This document shows positions 28,496-36,956 of a stretch of DNA of 51,631 bases, in pieces. The stretch spans positions 1 through 51,631 of the forward strand of contig JBBTRQ010000014.1 of NCBI GenBank assembly GCA_038065075.1, written 5' to 3'. The stretch is from Patescibacteria group bacterium. Lineage in GTDB: Bacteria; Patescibacteriota; Patescibacteriia; UBA9934; GWF2-40-263. The notes below the pieces were generated by a model. That model had not been told where the DNA came from. It saw only the letters and a list, made by a program, of their open reading frames with translations, and did no database searches. Position numbers and translations under genes: made by a program. How positions within the stretch are numbered: the stretch's first letter is position 1; each line of letters starts with the position of its first letter.

Positions 28496-28535
28496 ATGCG
28501 GACAATTTTTCGTATATACGAATTTTTGTCCGCAT
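28496..28535. repeat. Palindromic repeat, copy 1 (touching the stop of the PaaX/Cas2-like gene)
   Basis: ATGCGGACAA-TTT-TTCGTATATACGAA-TTT-TTGTCCGCAT. Confidence 0.9.
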
Positions 28536-29068
28536 TACTGTTTTCGCGCAAGATAAACCTCAACCCACTTGGTAATCTTCGTTGATCGAATGAACCCTAT
28601 CACCTCTTTGACCACGTCTCTATCTGTAGACCACACACTGCGCTGAACCTGCTTGAAACCGCAACGCTTCAAGAAATACCTCAACGCATCCCGACCGAGA
28701 TTCCCTTCGTTGGGTACATCGTAGACAACCAGACAGACCTGACTACCTGGGAGTTTCGGTCGTTCACGAATGAGGCGCTTCATTAACTCGACGCGGCCTT
28801 CGTCAGACAATTCGTAGAGCAAACCGGCCTCTGTTTTCTTCACGTGAATCAATTTCTTACGCTGGAGGTATCGCGCTCGCTCCGTAAATTTTCGATGTTC
28901 CTGATATCGTTCCTCAGCAAGTTTGTGCTCGCCTTCGTATCGATACGGGCGGTGGCGGGCCCATTGTTCAAACATCTCTCCCGCGTCACGCGCTTCATCC
29001 TCCAACCAAACCAAAAACTGCGTAACAGCCTCTCTTCCAGACTTCACCACTTTTTCCTTCGTTTCCAT
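28535..29068 (-). CDS. PaaX-like regulator (winged helix plus Cas2-like fold), CPR type
   Basis: YLQRKKLI...YELSDEG wHTH; LVVYDVP...RDALRYFLKRCGFKQVQRSVW. Confidence 0.82.
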   Translation of the reverse strand: METKEKVVKSGREAVTQFLVWLEDEARDAGEMFEQWARHRPYRYEGEHKLAEERYQEHRKFTERARYLQRKKLIHVKKTEAGLLYELSDEGRVELMKRLIRERPKLPGSQVCLVVYDVPNEGNLGRDALRYFLKRCGFKQVQRSVWSTDRDVVKEVIGFIRSTKITKWVEVYLARKQ

Positions 29069-29069
29069 C

Positions 29070-29103
29070 TGCGGACATTTTTTCGTATATACGAACTTTT
29101 GTC
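29070..29103. repeat. Palindromic repeat, copy 2 (1 nt upstream of the ATG)
   Basis: TGCGGACATTTTTTCGTATATACGAACTTTTGTC; 32/34 identical to 28497-28530. Confidence 0.9.
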
Positions 29104-29188
29104 ACCAACATGCTTGTGGATACTCTTCAAGAAAGCGAAACCCATTGCCAGGCTGGCTGAAACTTGATATATTCGTCGCGTCATTTTT

Positions 29189-29263
29189 GCGCTGGTAGCT
29201 CAGGGGTAGAGCAAGAGCCTTTTAAGCTCGTGGTCGTGGGTTCAAATCCCACCCAGCGCACCA
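29189..29263 (+). tRNA. tRNA-Lys(TTT)
   Basis: GCGCTGG/CCAGCGC acceptor, CT-TTT-AA loop, GGTTCAAATCC, CCA. Confidence 0.96.
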
Positions 29264-29312
29264 AAAACATCCAAACGAAGGTTTGGATGTTTTTTCGTTT
29301 ACATCGCAAGGG

Positions 29313-29341
29313 TTGCGCGATGTCACACGATCCATTATACT
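29313..29341 (+). promoter_or_regulatory. Sigma70-like promoter
   Basis: TTGCGC-N17-TATACT, 30 nt before ATG 29372. Confidence 0.6.
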
Positions 29342-29371
29342 GCCGGGGCTAATTCGTAACCGCAAATCACT

Positions 29372-29524
29372 ATGGAAGGATCAGGTGTTTGCGTCGCTTG
29401 CGGAGCAAGTGGCGTTGAGCTCAACCCCGAGCAGAAGTGTGCACATTGCGCTTCCGCTCAAGCTCCAGAAGCGGCTCCTGCCGCCGAGGCACCAGCAGAA
29501 GGCGACATGCCAGCTGCTGAGTAG
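29372..29524 (+). CDS. 50-aa CxxC/CxxC zinc-ribbon-like protein with acidic Ala/Pro tail (not in the ORF track)
   Basis: MEGSGVCVACGASGVELNPEQKCAHCASAQAPEAAPAAEAPAEGDMPAAE; own promoter and terminator. Confidence 0.75.
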   Translation: MEGSGVCVACGASGVELNPEQKCAHCASAQAPEAAPAAEAPAEGDMPAAE

Positions 29525-29534
29525 TCACGAAAGT

Positions 29535-29570
29535 AACAAAAACAGGCTTCACAGGAAGTCTGTTTTTGTT
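29535..29570. terminator. Bidirectional intrinsic terminator
   Basis: AACAAAAACAGGCTTC/GAAGTCTGTTTTTGTT. Confidence 0.75.
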
Positions 29571-30613
29571 TAGAGCGTCTTGAGCATTTCAACTAGTTCA
29601 TCGGCGATGTTCGTGCGAAGCTTGCTGTGCATTCGCGCGCCCAGATCTCGACGTGTCGGTTCATCACATAGAAGCGCGGTGATCGCGTCGAACAGTTGTT
29701 GCGACGTTGTTTGTCGCTGATCGAGCACGACACAGGCGTCCGCGACCATGTCCGCATTCGCCTCCTGCGGCGATTTCGGGAGCGGAATCATGACCGCCGT
29801 CTTGGAGAGCGCGGCAAGTTCAGTGATAGTCGAAAGTCCCGCTCGACACACAACAACATCGGCCACGGCCAGAGCGTCGGCCATCTCGTCGTCGATGAAC
29901 TCGCGGACGTGATGGTCGGGGTGACGCGACTCGATCGGTTTGTTTCGTCCCGTGAGGTGAATGACATTCGCTTGTTGTATGAGTCGGGATGCGATCTCAT
30001 CGATCGACTCATTGATCCACACGGATCCGGTTCCCCCACCAACGACGAGCACGGTGGGTTTGAGTTTCGAAATCTTAAACTCCTCGTAGGCTCGCTCGCG
30101 AGATCCTCGCAGGAGACTCGGACGCACTGGATTCCCCACAAGCTTCACGCGATCCCCAAGGTCATTTCGATTCCGCTCCCACGCGACTGTCACGAGATCC
30201 GCAAACGGAACCGTGAGTTTTGTCGTCTTAGTGAGTTCGACATCTTGTTTATGCACCCACACGTTCACTCCAAGAAGTTTTGCGGCGTAGACAACGGGCA
30301 CAGCCGTGTACCCACCAGCCGAAGCGACGAGATCGGGTTTTTGCGCGCTGAGAATCCTGATCGCCTTACAGAGGGCAACAAAAAACACCATCGGCGACGT
30401 AAACCATTCAAGACTAAAATATCTGGGAGCGCGAGCTGCCGGCAGGGTCAAGAACGAAATCCCCTGCTGTTCGACGACCATCCGCTCAGGCCCTCGAGAG
30501 GTGCCAACCCAAACAGCCGTGACACTTGGGTCATTCGCCCTCCACGCCTCCCACACCGCCAACAGCGGCGTGACAGGTCCCATCGTTCCTCCGCCGGTAA
30601 AGAGAATTTTCAT
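29570..30613 (-). CDS. murG: Undecaprenyl-PP-MurNAc-pentapeptide GlcNAc transferase
   Basis: TGGGTMGP, GGYTAVP, GNPVR, GGGTGS, CRAG, IPL...QEANA. Confidence 0.95.
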   Translation of the reverse strand: MKILFTGGGTMGPVTPLLAVWEAWRANDPSVTAVWVGTSRGPERMVVEQQGISFLTLPAARAPRYFSLEWFTSPMVFFVALCKAIRILSAQKPDLVASAGGYTAVPVVYAAKLLGVNVWVHKQDVELTKTTKLTVPFADLVTVAWERNRNDLGDRVKLVGNPVRPSLLRGSRERAYEEFKISKLKPTVLVVGGGTGSVWINESIDEIASRLIQQANVIHLTGRNKPIESRHPDHHVREFIDDEMADALAVADVVVCRAGLSTITELAALSKTAVMIPLPKSPQEANADMVADACVVLDQRQTTSQQLFDAITALLCDEPTRRDLGARMHSKLRTNIADELVEMLKTL

Positions 30614-30617
30614 AATG

Positions 30618-31130
30618 TTAATACTTGAAGCCTATTTCCTTCTCACCACCGAGGGGCTTCTCGTCAATTAATCGACGAATGGCATCAAACACCATACCGA
30701 ACTTCTCGTCATATTGTTTCTCGAGAAGCTCAATCTTTCTACGCAAGCCCTCATTCTCACTCAACATCTCGCGCATCTTTGTAAAGGTTCGCATGATTTG
30801 GATATTAACCTGAATAGCGCGGTCGCTATTGAGAACACTCGACAACATCGCGACCCCTTGTTCAGTGAAAACCCGGGGTGCTTTCCGAATCCCCATCTTC
30901 TCCTTTTTGGAAGTCACAATTTGTGACTTCCAAATCATCATCTCCTTCGTATCAAGTTGGAACATAAAATCCTCGGGAAATCTTGCCAGATTTCGACGAA
31001 CCGCTTGATTTAGAACTTTTGTCTTAACCCCATAAAGACTTGCCAAGTCTCGATCAACCATCACCTTCGTCCCACGAAACACAAAAATTTTGGACTCGAT
31101 CAATTCGTTTGGAATGAGATCTGCAGGCAT
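30618..31130 (-). CDS. ORF6N-domain DNA-binding protein
   Basis: RGTKVMVDRDLASLYGV.TK.LNQAVRRN..RFPEDFMFQL, SQIVTS, FTEQGVAMLSSVLNSDRAIQVNIQIMRTF, IGF tail. Confidence 0.93.
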   Translation of the reverse strand: MPADLIPNELIESKIFVFRGTKVMVDRDLASLYGVKTKVLNQAVRRNLARFPEDFMFQLDTKEMMIWKSQIVTSKKEKMGIRKAPRVFTEQGVAMLSSVLNSDRAIQVNIQIMRTFTKMREMLSENEGLRRKIELLEKQYDEKFGMVFDAIRRLIDEKPLGGEKEIGFKY

Positions 31131-31223
31131 ATGTTTTGTCTATTACTTGAGGTCACAAATTGTGACCTCAAGTTTTGCGACTCTCTCGATAACTGGATAT
31201 CACAATTTGTGATATCCAGTTAT
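30906..31223. repeat. Three perfect palindromes sharing the core TCACAA-W-TTGTGA (30906-30934, 31145-31173, 31189-31223)
   Basis: Arms of 14, 14 and 17 bp with a 1-nt centre; flanks differ between copies but each copy is perfectly self-complementary. Confidence 0.92.
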
Positions 31224-32335
31224 GCTTTTGTGCTCTTAGAGACATTCAACACCACTCCGATCGCGGCCAACGAGATTGCGAGCGAGGTGCCTCCGTAACT
31301 GATAAACGGCAGTGGCACGCCGGTGATGGGCATGAGTGCCAGCATGGAGCCGATATTCACGAACGCCTGGATCACGATCCACGCGGCAATGCCCACGACT
31401 ACGTACTTCCCGAACTGATCTGGTGCATGCTTGGCGACCCTCAGCATGCGCCAGAGGAACAGCAGAAACAACCCGATCGTCAGCGCGGCGATGAAGAAGC
31501 CCATCTCCTCGCTGATAATCGCGAAGATCGAATCGCCGGCGACTTCGGGGAGATACTGAAACTTTTGGCGTGAGTGTCCATATCCGAGTCCAAAAAATCC
31601 ACCCGATCCGATCGCCAAGAGCGCTTGGTTAATATGGTACCCAATCCCCTGTGGATCCAGTTCCGGGTGGAGAAATGTCGTGAGACGCTCGGCACGATAC
31701 GGTGAAGAGGCAATAAGGAGCCCTAGCCCTCCCAAGCCGGCAGCCATCAACCCAACGATGTACGCCACGGGAGCTCCGGCGACAAAGTACACGATGAGGG
31801 ACATGGCCGCGATGATCGCCATGGATCCTGTATCAGGCTGGAGAATGAGCAGAAGGATGATCGTTCCCAAAACGCCGACGAACGGAAGAAACCCTCCGTG
31901 GACATCGCGCACACTCTGCTTGTCTCGCACCGCAAGCCACGCCGCAAGATAAAACAAAAATGTCAGCTTCACGATTTCCGATGGCTGAAGAGAGAAGACT
32001 CCGCCGATCGAAATCCATGAGTGCGCGGTACCGATGCCCGCAGAAAGTCCTGGGATGAACACGAGCACCAAAAGGACAATCGAGAGGATCAATAAATTCC
32101 ACGCGTGCTTGCGCCAAAAGGTGTACGGGATTTTCGAAAATGCAATGAGGGCTCCAATACCCGGCAGGAGACCGAAAATGATTTGGTGTTTTACAAAGTA
32201 GTATGAGTCGGCAAACTCCGCGTACCCACTGGGAGCGGACGCGGAAAGCAGCATGACCAGCCCAAAGAGGACGATCGTGCCGACGATCAGTAGGAGAAGA
32301 TAATCGACGGAGCCTGATGTTGAGGTGCGTCCCAT
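31220..32335 (-). CDS. ftsW: SEDS-family peptidoglycan polymerase FtsW
   Basis: LQPSEIVK, QPDTG, GYH...AIGSGG, LPEVAGDSIF, TGVPLPFISYGG; between mraY and murG. Confidence 0.94.
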   Translation of the reverse strand: MGRTSTSGSVDYLLLLIVGTIVLFGLVMLLSASAPSGYAEFADSYYFVKHQIIFGLLPGIGALIAFSKIPYTFWRKHAWNLLILSIVLLVLVFIPGLSAGIGTAHSWISIGGVFSLQPSEIVKLTFLFYLAAWLAVRDKQSVRDVHGGFLPFVGVLGTIILLLILQPDTGSMAIIAAMSLIVYFVAGAPVAYIVGLMAAGLGGLGLLIASSPYRAERLTTFLHPELDPQGIGYHINQALLAIGSGGFFGLGYGHSRQKFQYLPEVAGDSIFAIISEEMGFFIAALTIGLFLLFLWRMLRVAKHAPDQFGKYVVVGIAAWIVIQAFVNIGSMLALMPITGVPLPFISYGGTSLAISLAAIGVVLNVSKSTKA

Positions 32336-32336
32336 G

Positions 32337-33392
32337 TTAGGCAAGCGCATCAAAGAGCACGAGCGATACGCCAACGGCGGCGGCGACCATGGAGATGACC
32401 CAGAACCGCATCACGATCTGGGGCTCCGGCCAGCCGATCGCCTCAAGATGGTGATGAATCGGCGAGGATTTGAAGAGCCGCCTGTGGAAGAGTTTGCGTG
32501 CGCCGATTTGAACGATGACAGAAAGAGACTCAATGACAAACACAAATCCGATGATCGGCAAGAAGATAGCCGAGTTCGTGAGCATGGCGACGATGCCCAG
32601 CGTCACCCCCAGAGACATCGCCCCCGTGTCGCCCATAAAAAAACGCGCTGGGTGGATGTTGAACCAAAGGAACGCGAGAAGGGCTCCCAGGATCACTCCG
32701 CAAAACACCGCGAGATCGTAGCGACCCTGCGCAAAGGCAATGACCGCGTAGGCACCAAACGACGTGAGGAGCGTGCCGCCGGCAAGGCCGTCGAGTCCGT
32801 CAGATTCGTTCACCGAAAAGGCAGTTGCCACGATCACCAAGATAAAAACCGGGACATACCACAGGCCAAGATTGAAGTCGCCGATAAATGGAATGTGCAA
32901 AAGATCCCAATCCAACTTCACCCGGAACCACCACGCGCCCACGACGGCGATCGCGGTATAGATGAGAAGTCGATGGCGCATGCGCAGTCCCCCGCCCTTT
33001 GGACCAATGCCGCGAACATTGAAGTAGTCATCGACGAAGCCCACAATAGCCGAGGCGATCAGCGCCCCCAAAGGCAAGAGCGTTTCAGACCGACTCAAAA
33101 AGTTTAATCGCGCCCAGACAGACCCTTCCGCAAGGAACGGCGTGACGTGATAGAACACAACAGCCAACACAAGAACCGTTCCCCAAATCAGAATCCCTCC
33201 CATCGTCGGCGTTCCTCGTTTTTTCTCGTGAAGCTTGGCGAAGATGGGGGCGTCTCCCTCTGTCCGGATCACTTTTCCCATCTTCCACTCTTGCAAGAGA
33301 CGGATAAGGAGTGGCGCCCAGGCAAACGCCACAACGAACGCGATGGCGGAAAGGAGCAAGACCCGGACGATTTCGAATGATTCGAGGGTCAT
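32337..33392 (-). CDS. mraY: Phospho-MurNAc-pentapeptide transferase
   Basis: GTPTMGG, DDY, NESDGLDGL, FMGDTG, PIHHH. Confidence 0.96.
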   Translation of the reverse strand: MTLESFEIVRVLLLSAIAFVVAFAWAPLLIRLLQEWKMGKVIRTEGDAPIFAKLHEKKRGTPTMGGILIWGTVLVLAVVFYHVTPFLAEGSVWARLNFLSRSETLLPLGALIASAIVGFVDDYFNVRGIGPKGGGLRMRHRLLIYTAIAVVGAWWFRVKLDWDLLHIPFIGDFNLGLWYVPVFILVIVATAFSVNESDGLDGLAGGTLLTSFGAYAVIAFAQGRYDLAVFCGVILGALLAFLWFNIHPARFFMGDTGAMSLGVTLGIVAMLTNSAIFLPIIGFVFVIESLSVIVQIGARKLFHRRLFKSSPIHHHLEAIGWPEPQIVMRFWVISMVAAAVGVSLVLFDALA

Positions 33393-33799
33393 ACGTTGAT
33401 GAGAACAATCAAGACCATAGCCGCAAAAAGTACCAACTGGAGCACGGGGGTCGCGGCCGCAAAAAAGAATGAGAGGGTTTTCTGTGTTCGGTACGCCCAC
33501 GCTTCAATCGCCAGATTCAACACCAGGAACAGGAGACCCAGCGCGGGAAGGAAAAAAATATGCCAGATCGGTCCGAACCGGTCGACCCCCAAGTAGATGT
33601 TGTAGTGCAGGGCGATGAACGGGGACTCCGCTCCCAAAGGGAGAATGCGCCACACAGGGAGGACCATCGTCCCGATCAACAAAAAAAGAGAGAGACCGGT
33701 CGTCCAGACGATGAGGCGTTCCTTTTGAAACATCCTCAAAAACGATTTCCAGATTTCTTGAAGATCTTTTTTGTAGGGATGCACTGCCACACTATTCAA
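33389..33799 (-). CDS. Hypothetical membrane protein
   Basis: Three TM segments, LHYNIYLGVD; translationally coupled to mraY. Confidence 0.75.
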   Translation of the reverse strand: MNSVAVHPYKKDLQEIWKSFLRMFQKERLIVWTTGLSLFLLIGTMVLPVWRILPLGAESPFIALHYNIYLGVDRFGPIWHIFFLPALGLLFLVLNLAIEAWAYRTQKTLSFFFAAATPVLQLVLFAAMVLIVLINV

Positions 33800-34028
33800 C
33801 CGCTATGACTTCCTTCACTTGTGGGAGGGCGTCCTTCAGCGCCGCTTCAATTCCCATCTTCAGAGTAATTTCTGACATGGGACATCCGACACAGGCCCCA
33901 CGCATACGGACATGAACAGCCCCTGTTGATTCATCGAATTTCACAAGCTCAATCCCTCCCCCGTCCATGCGCAGAGCCGGTCGAACCTGTTCAAGAACCT
34001 TCTCGATTTGCTGTTCAATCTCATTCAT
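33792..34028 (-). CDS. NifU C-terminal domain protein
   Basis: VRPALRMDGGGIEL, GACVGCP, TLKMGIE. Confidence 0.93.
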   Translation of the reverse strand: MNEIEQQIEKVLEQVRPALRMDGGGIELVKFDESTGAVHVRMRGACVGCPMSEITLKMGIEAALKDALPQVKEVIAVE

Positions 34029-34104
34029 AGTTCGATGTTACTCACTACAGGTAGATTTCTACATGATACCAAAAAACACCCGCACTAGGCGAGGTGTTTT
34101 TTGT

Positions 34105-34386
34105 TTACTTGCTTTCTTCAACGTTCGCGAACACGCGAGCCTTCAAGGCTCCGTGGAAGTTCGCGGCCTTCTTCTGGGTGAACTTCACGAACCCTGCGAC
34201 AGCCGCGTACAGCGTATCGTCTCCGCCACGCTTCACGTTTTTTCCAGGGTGGATCTTGGTTCCGCGCTGTCGAACAAGAATTTCGCCAGCCGCGGCATGG
34301 GTTCCGTCCGCCACTTTCACGCCAAGGCGCTGTCCGTGGGAGTCTCGACCCAAACTTGTACTTCCACCCGCTTTCTTATGTGCCAT
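34105..34386 (-). CDS. rpmA: 50S ribosomal protein L27
   Basis: [26 protein letters not shown]. Confidence 0.98.
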   Translation of the reverse strand: MAHKKAGGSTSLGRDSHGQRLGVKVADGTHAAAGEILVRQRGTKIHPGKNVKRGGDDTLYAAVAGFVKFTQKKAANFHGALKARVFANVEESK

Positions 34387-34475
34387 ACAAAAAGGAAGAC
34401 TAAGAATGAATTTCGTCCAAGAGTGTATGGGACAGAAGGAAAAATGTCAATTCACGCCTAGAGGCCCCGAATTCT

Positions 34476-36104
34476 TTACTTCTTACGTTTTAGTGCCGCC
34501 GCGATAAACGCTTTGAACAACGGGTGCGGCCGCAGGGGACGTGTGTGAAATTCGGGATGGAACTGCACGCCCACAAAGAACGGGTGATTCTTAAGTTCGA
34601 CAATCTCGACCAGTCCTGTCTGCGGGTTCACTCCCGAGATCACCATCCCCTTCTTTTCCAGAGCCGCGGCGTAGTCGTTATTGAATTCGTATCGATGGCG
34701 GTGGCGCTCCGACACGCTTGCTTTCCCATACGCCTTGCGCGCGATCGAGCCGGGCTTGAGATCGCAATCATACGCCCCAAGTCGCATGGTGCCGCCGTAG
34801 CGATTCTCGCGAATGTTCTTGAGTTGGATGGGATTCACGTGGATGATTGGATCCTTGGTCGCTTCGTCGACTTCGACGGTGTGTGCGCCAACCTTCCCCA
34901 AAACATTACGAGCGAACTCAACAGTCGCCAACTGCATGCCATAGCACAGGCCAAAGTACGGAATCTTTTTCTCTCGACAATGCTTCACCGTCGAGATCAC
35001 CCCCTCAATCCCGCGCGTCCCAAATCCTCCTGGCACGAGGACTCCATCAAACGCATCCAGGTGAGACAGCTTCTTGGTTCCATCTTCAAAGTGCTCTGAG
35101 TTAATCCACTCCAATTCGATCTTCGCCTGGTTTGCCCACGCCGCATGCTTGAGCGACTCAATGACCGAGATGTAGGAATCTGAAAGCGTGTACTCCCCTG
35201 TTGAAAAATACTTGCCGACCACACCGATCTTCACGGTCTTCTTGGCGTTCTCCTGCACACTCGCCATGGCTTTCCACTTGCGCAAGTCAGACGTTCGAGG
35301 TCGGAGATGAAATTTTTTGAGGATCGTCGAGGACAATCCCTGCTCTTCAAAGATCGCTGGAATGTGGTAGATCGACGAAACGTCTGGAGCCGTAATGACC
35401 GCCTCCGGCTTCACGTTACAAAAAACGGAGAGCTTCTCGCGGCGTGGCTTATCCATGTACTGCTCACCACGACAGACGATGAAGTCCGGGTGGATCCCGG
35501 CGCTATTGAGCGTGCGAGTGGCGTATTGCGTCGGCTTGGTCTTCATCTCGCCCAAATGTTTGGGGACAGGCAAATAACTCACCAACACAAACAGGACGTT
35601 CTCTGGATCTTCCAAATGCATCATGCGCGCGGCTTCGAGGAACAAAATGTTCTGGTACTCGCCCACCGTCCCGCCGATCTCCACCATCGTGATATCCGCC
35701 TTGGCCTGCGAGGTCGCGTGTTTAATACGGCGGATGACTTCCAACGGAATATGTGGAACGACCTCGACGCACTTCCCCTTGTACTCCAAGTTACGCTCTT
35801 TCTGGATGACGGTTTGGTACACGCGACCCGTTGTCATGTAGTTGATGCTGGTGAGGTCGGTATCCAGGAAGCGCTCGTAATTGCCCATGTCCTGGTCGGT
35901 CTCATCCCCGTCGTCGGTGACAAACACCTCGCCGTGCTCCACTGGATTCATGGTTCCAGCATCGACGTTCACATACGGATCGATCTTGATCGCGGTAACG
36001 TGAAAGCCGCGCGACTGAAGAATCTTTCCAATGCTAGCGGTCGTGACGCCTTTCCCGACACCCGACATCACTCCACCAACAACGAAGATATAACGATGGG
36101 TCAT
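34476..36104 (-). CDS. pyrG: CTP synthase
   Basis: GGVMSGVGKG, DAGTMNP, KTKPTQ, GLCYGMQ, ERHRHRYE, QFHPE. Confidence 0.98.
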   Translation of the reverse strand: MTHRYIFVVGGVMSGVGKGVTTASIGKILQSRGFHVTAIKIDPYVNVDAGTMNPVEHGEVFVTDDGDETDQDMGNYERFLDTDLTSINYMTTGRVYQTVIQKERNLEYKGKCVEVVPHIPLEVIRRIKHATSQAKADITMVEIGGTVGEYQNILFLEAARMMHLEDPENVLFVLVSYLPVPKHLGEMKTKPTQYATRTLNSAGIHPDFIVCRGEQYMDKPRREKLSVFCNVKPEAVITAPDVSSIYHIPAIFEEQGLSSTILKKFHLRPRTSDLRKWKAMASVQENAKKTVKIGVVGKYFSTGEYTLSDSYISVIESLKHAAWANQAKIELEWINSEHFEDGTKKLSHLDAFDGVLVPGGFGTRGIEGVISTVKHCREKKIPYFGLCYGMQLATVEFARNVLGKVGAHTVEVDEATKDPIIHVNPIQLKNIRENRYGGTMRLGAYDCDLKPGSIARKAYGKASVSERHRHRYEFNNDYAAALEKKGMVISGVNPQTGLVEIVELKNHPFFVGVQFHPEFHTRPLRPHPLFKAFIAAALKRKK

Positions 36105-36137
36105 AGAATAGTTAAAACGGGCACGAAGCCCGCTTTG

Positions 36138-36581
36138 TTATTTTTCTTCAATGATGACTTTTATCTCGGCTTCAAAACCGTGAGGGAGCGAGAGGTTCAC
36201 GGTGTAGTCGCCCGGTTCCTTGAGAGGATGCTCCAGCTCAACCCACTCGGGATCGACTTTAAAGCCTCCTTTCTTAAGCCCGTCGGCAATCGCTTTGCCG
36301 GTGACGGCCGCATAGAGGACGCCTCCATCACTCACCTTTTCCTGCAGGATCAACTCAAACCCATCCAACTCGGCGGCTAAGTCCCCGGTCATGGACAGCT
36401 CGCGATGCTCCTTGCGTGACAAGGAGGCTTCCTTATCCGCTTTCTTCTTGAGCGAATCGGCCGTTGCGGCGACCCCTAAATTCTGCGGGAACAAAAAATT
36501 CCGCGCGTGCCCATCTGACACCTCGACGATCTCCCCCTCCTTCCCAAGCTCTTTCACGTCTTTTAAGAGGATGACTTTCAT
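36138..36581 (-). CDS. rplI: 50S ribosomal protein L9
   Basis: [30 protein letters not shown]. Confidence 0.97.
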   Translation of the reverse strand: MKVILLKDVKELGKEGEIVEVSDGHARNFLFPQNLGVAATADSLKKKADKEASLSRKEHRELSMTGDLAAELDGFELILQEKVSDGGVLYAAVTGKAIADGLKKGGFKVDPEWVELEHPLKEPGDYTVNLSLPHGFEAEIKVIIEEK

Positions 36582-36670
36582 ATAGCCGAAATTATACCAT
36601 AGGCGTTTTGAGGGTGAAGGATAACAAAAAACCGGAGGGCATTCCCATGCTCCCTCCGGTTTCCTCCGGA

Positions 36671-36883
36671 CTACTTACACTTGGTACACTTCTTCTCGAG
36701 CAACATCATGATGGCCGAGAGACCAACAAGGATGTACACGAGTTTCACGAGCCATGGCCATCCACTAAACAGAGTCTCGACGAGGTTCCAACCAAGGAGC
36801 CCGAAGAGTCCCCAGTTGATGCCTCCTACCCATAGGAGCCACCACGCGACACAATGCATGCCGCACTTACCTTGGTGCATCAT
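36671..36883 (-). CDS. DUF378-family small membrane protein
   Basis: [21 protein letters not shown]. Confidence 0.85.
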   Translation of the reverse strand: MMHQGKCGMHCVAWWLLWVGGINWGLFGLLGWNLVETLFSGWPWLVKLVYILVGLSAIMMLLEKKCTKCK

Positions 36884-36956
36884 AGAAAACACGTTAGAAT
36901 TAGTATGTCCATCGTAGCACTTGCACGTTTCTCTATCGATTTTGTTATCCACACCT

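Noticed and set aside
28496-29103. CRISPR array or cas2 locus
   Set aside because: Only two repeat copies, separated by a whole gene; no spacers of CRISPR length and no cas1 or effector genes; the protein has a wHTH and fits the PaaX-like type
30906-31223. Mini CRISPR array or plain terminators
   Set aside because: Copies share only the core, spacing is irregular, one is coding, and a 1-nt centre without consistent T tails does not fit terminators
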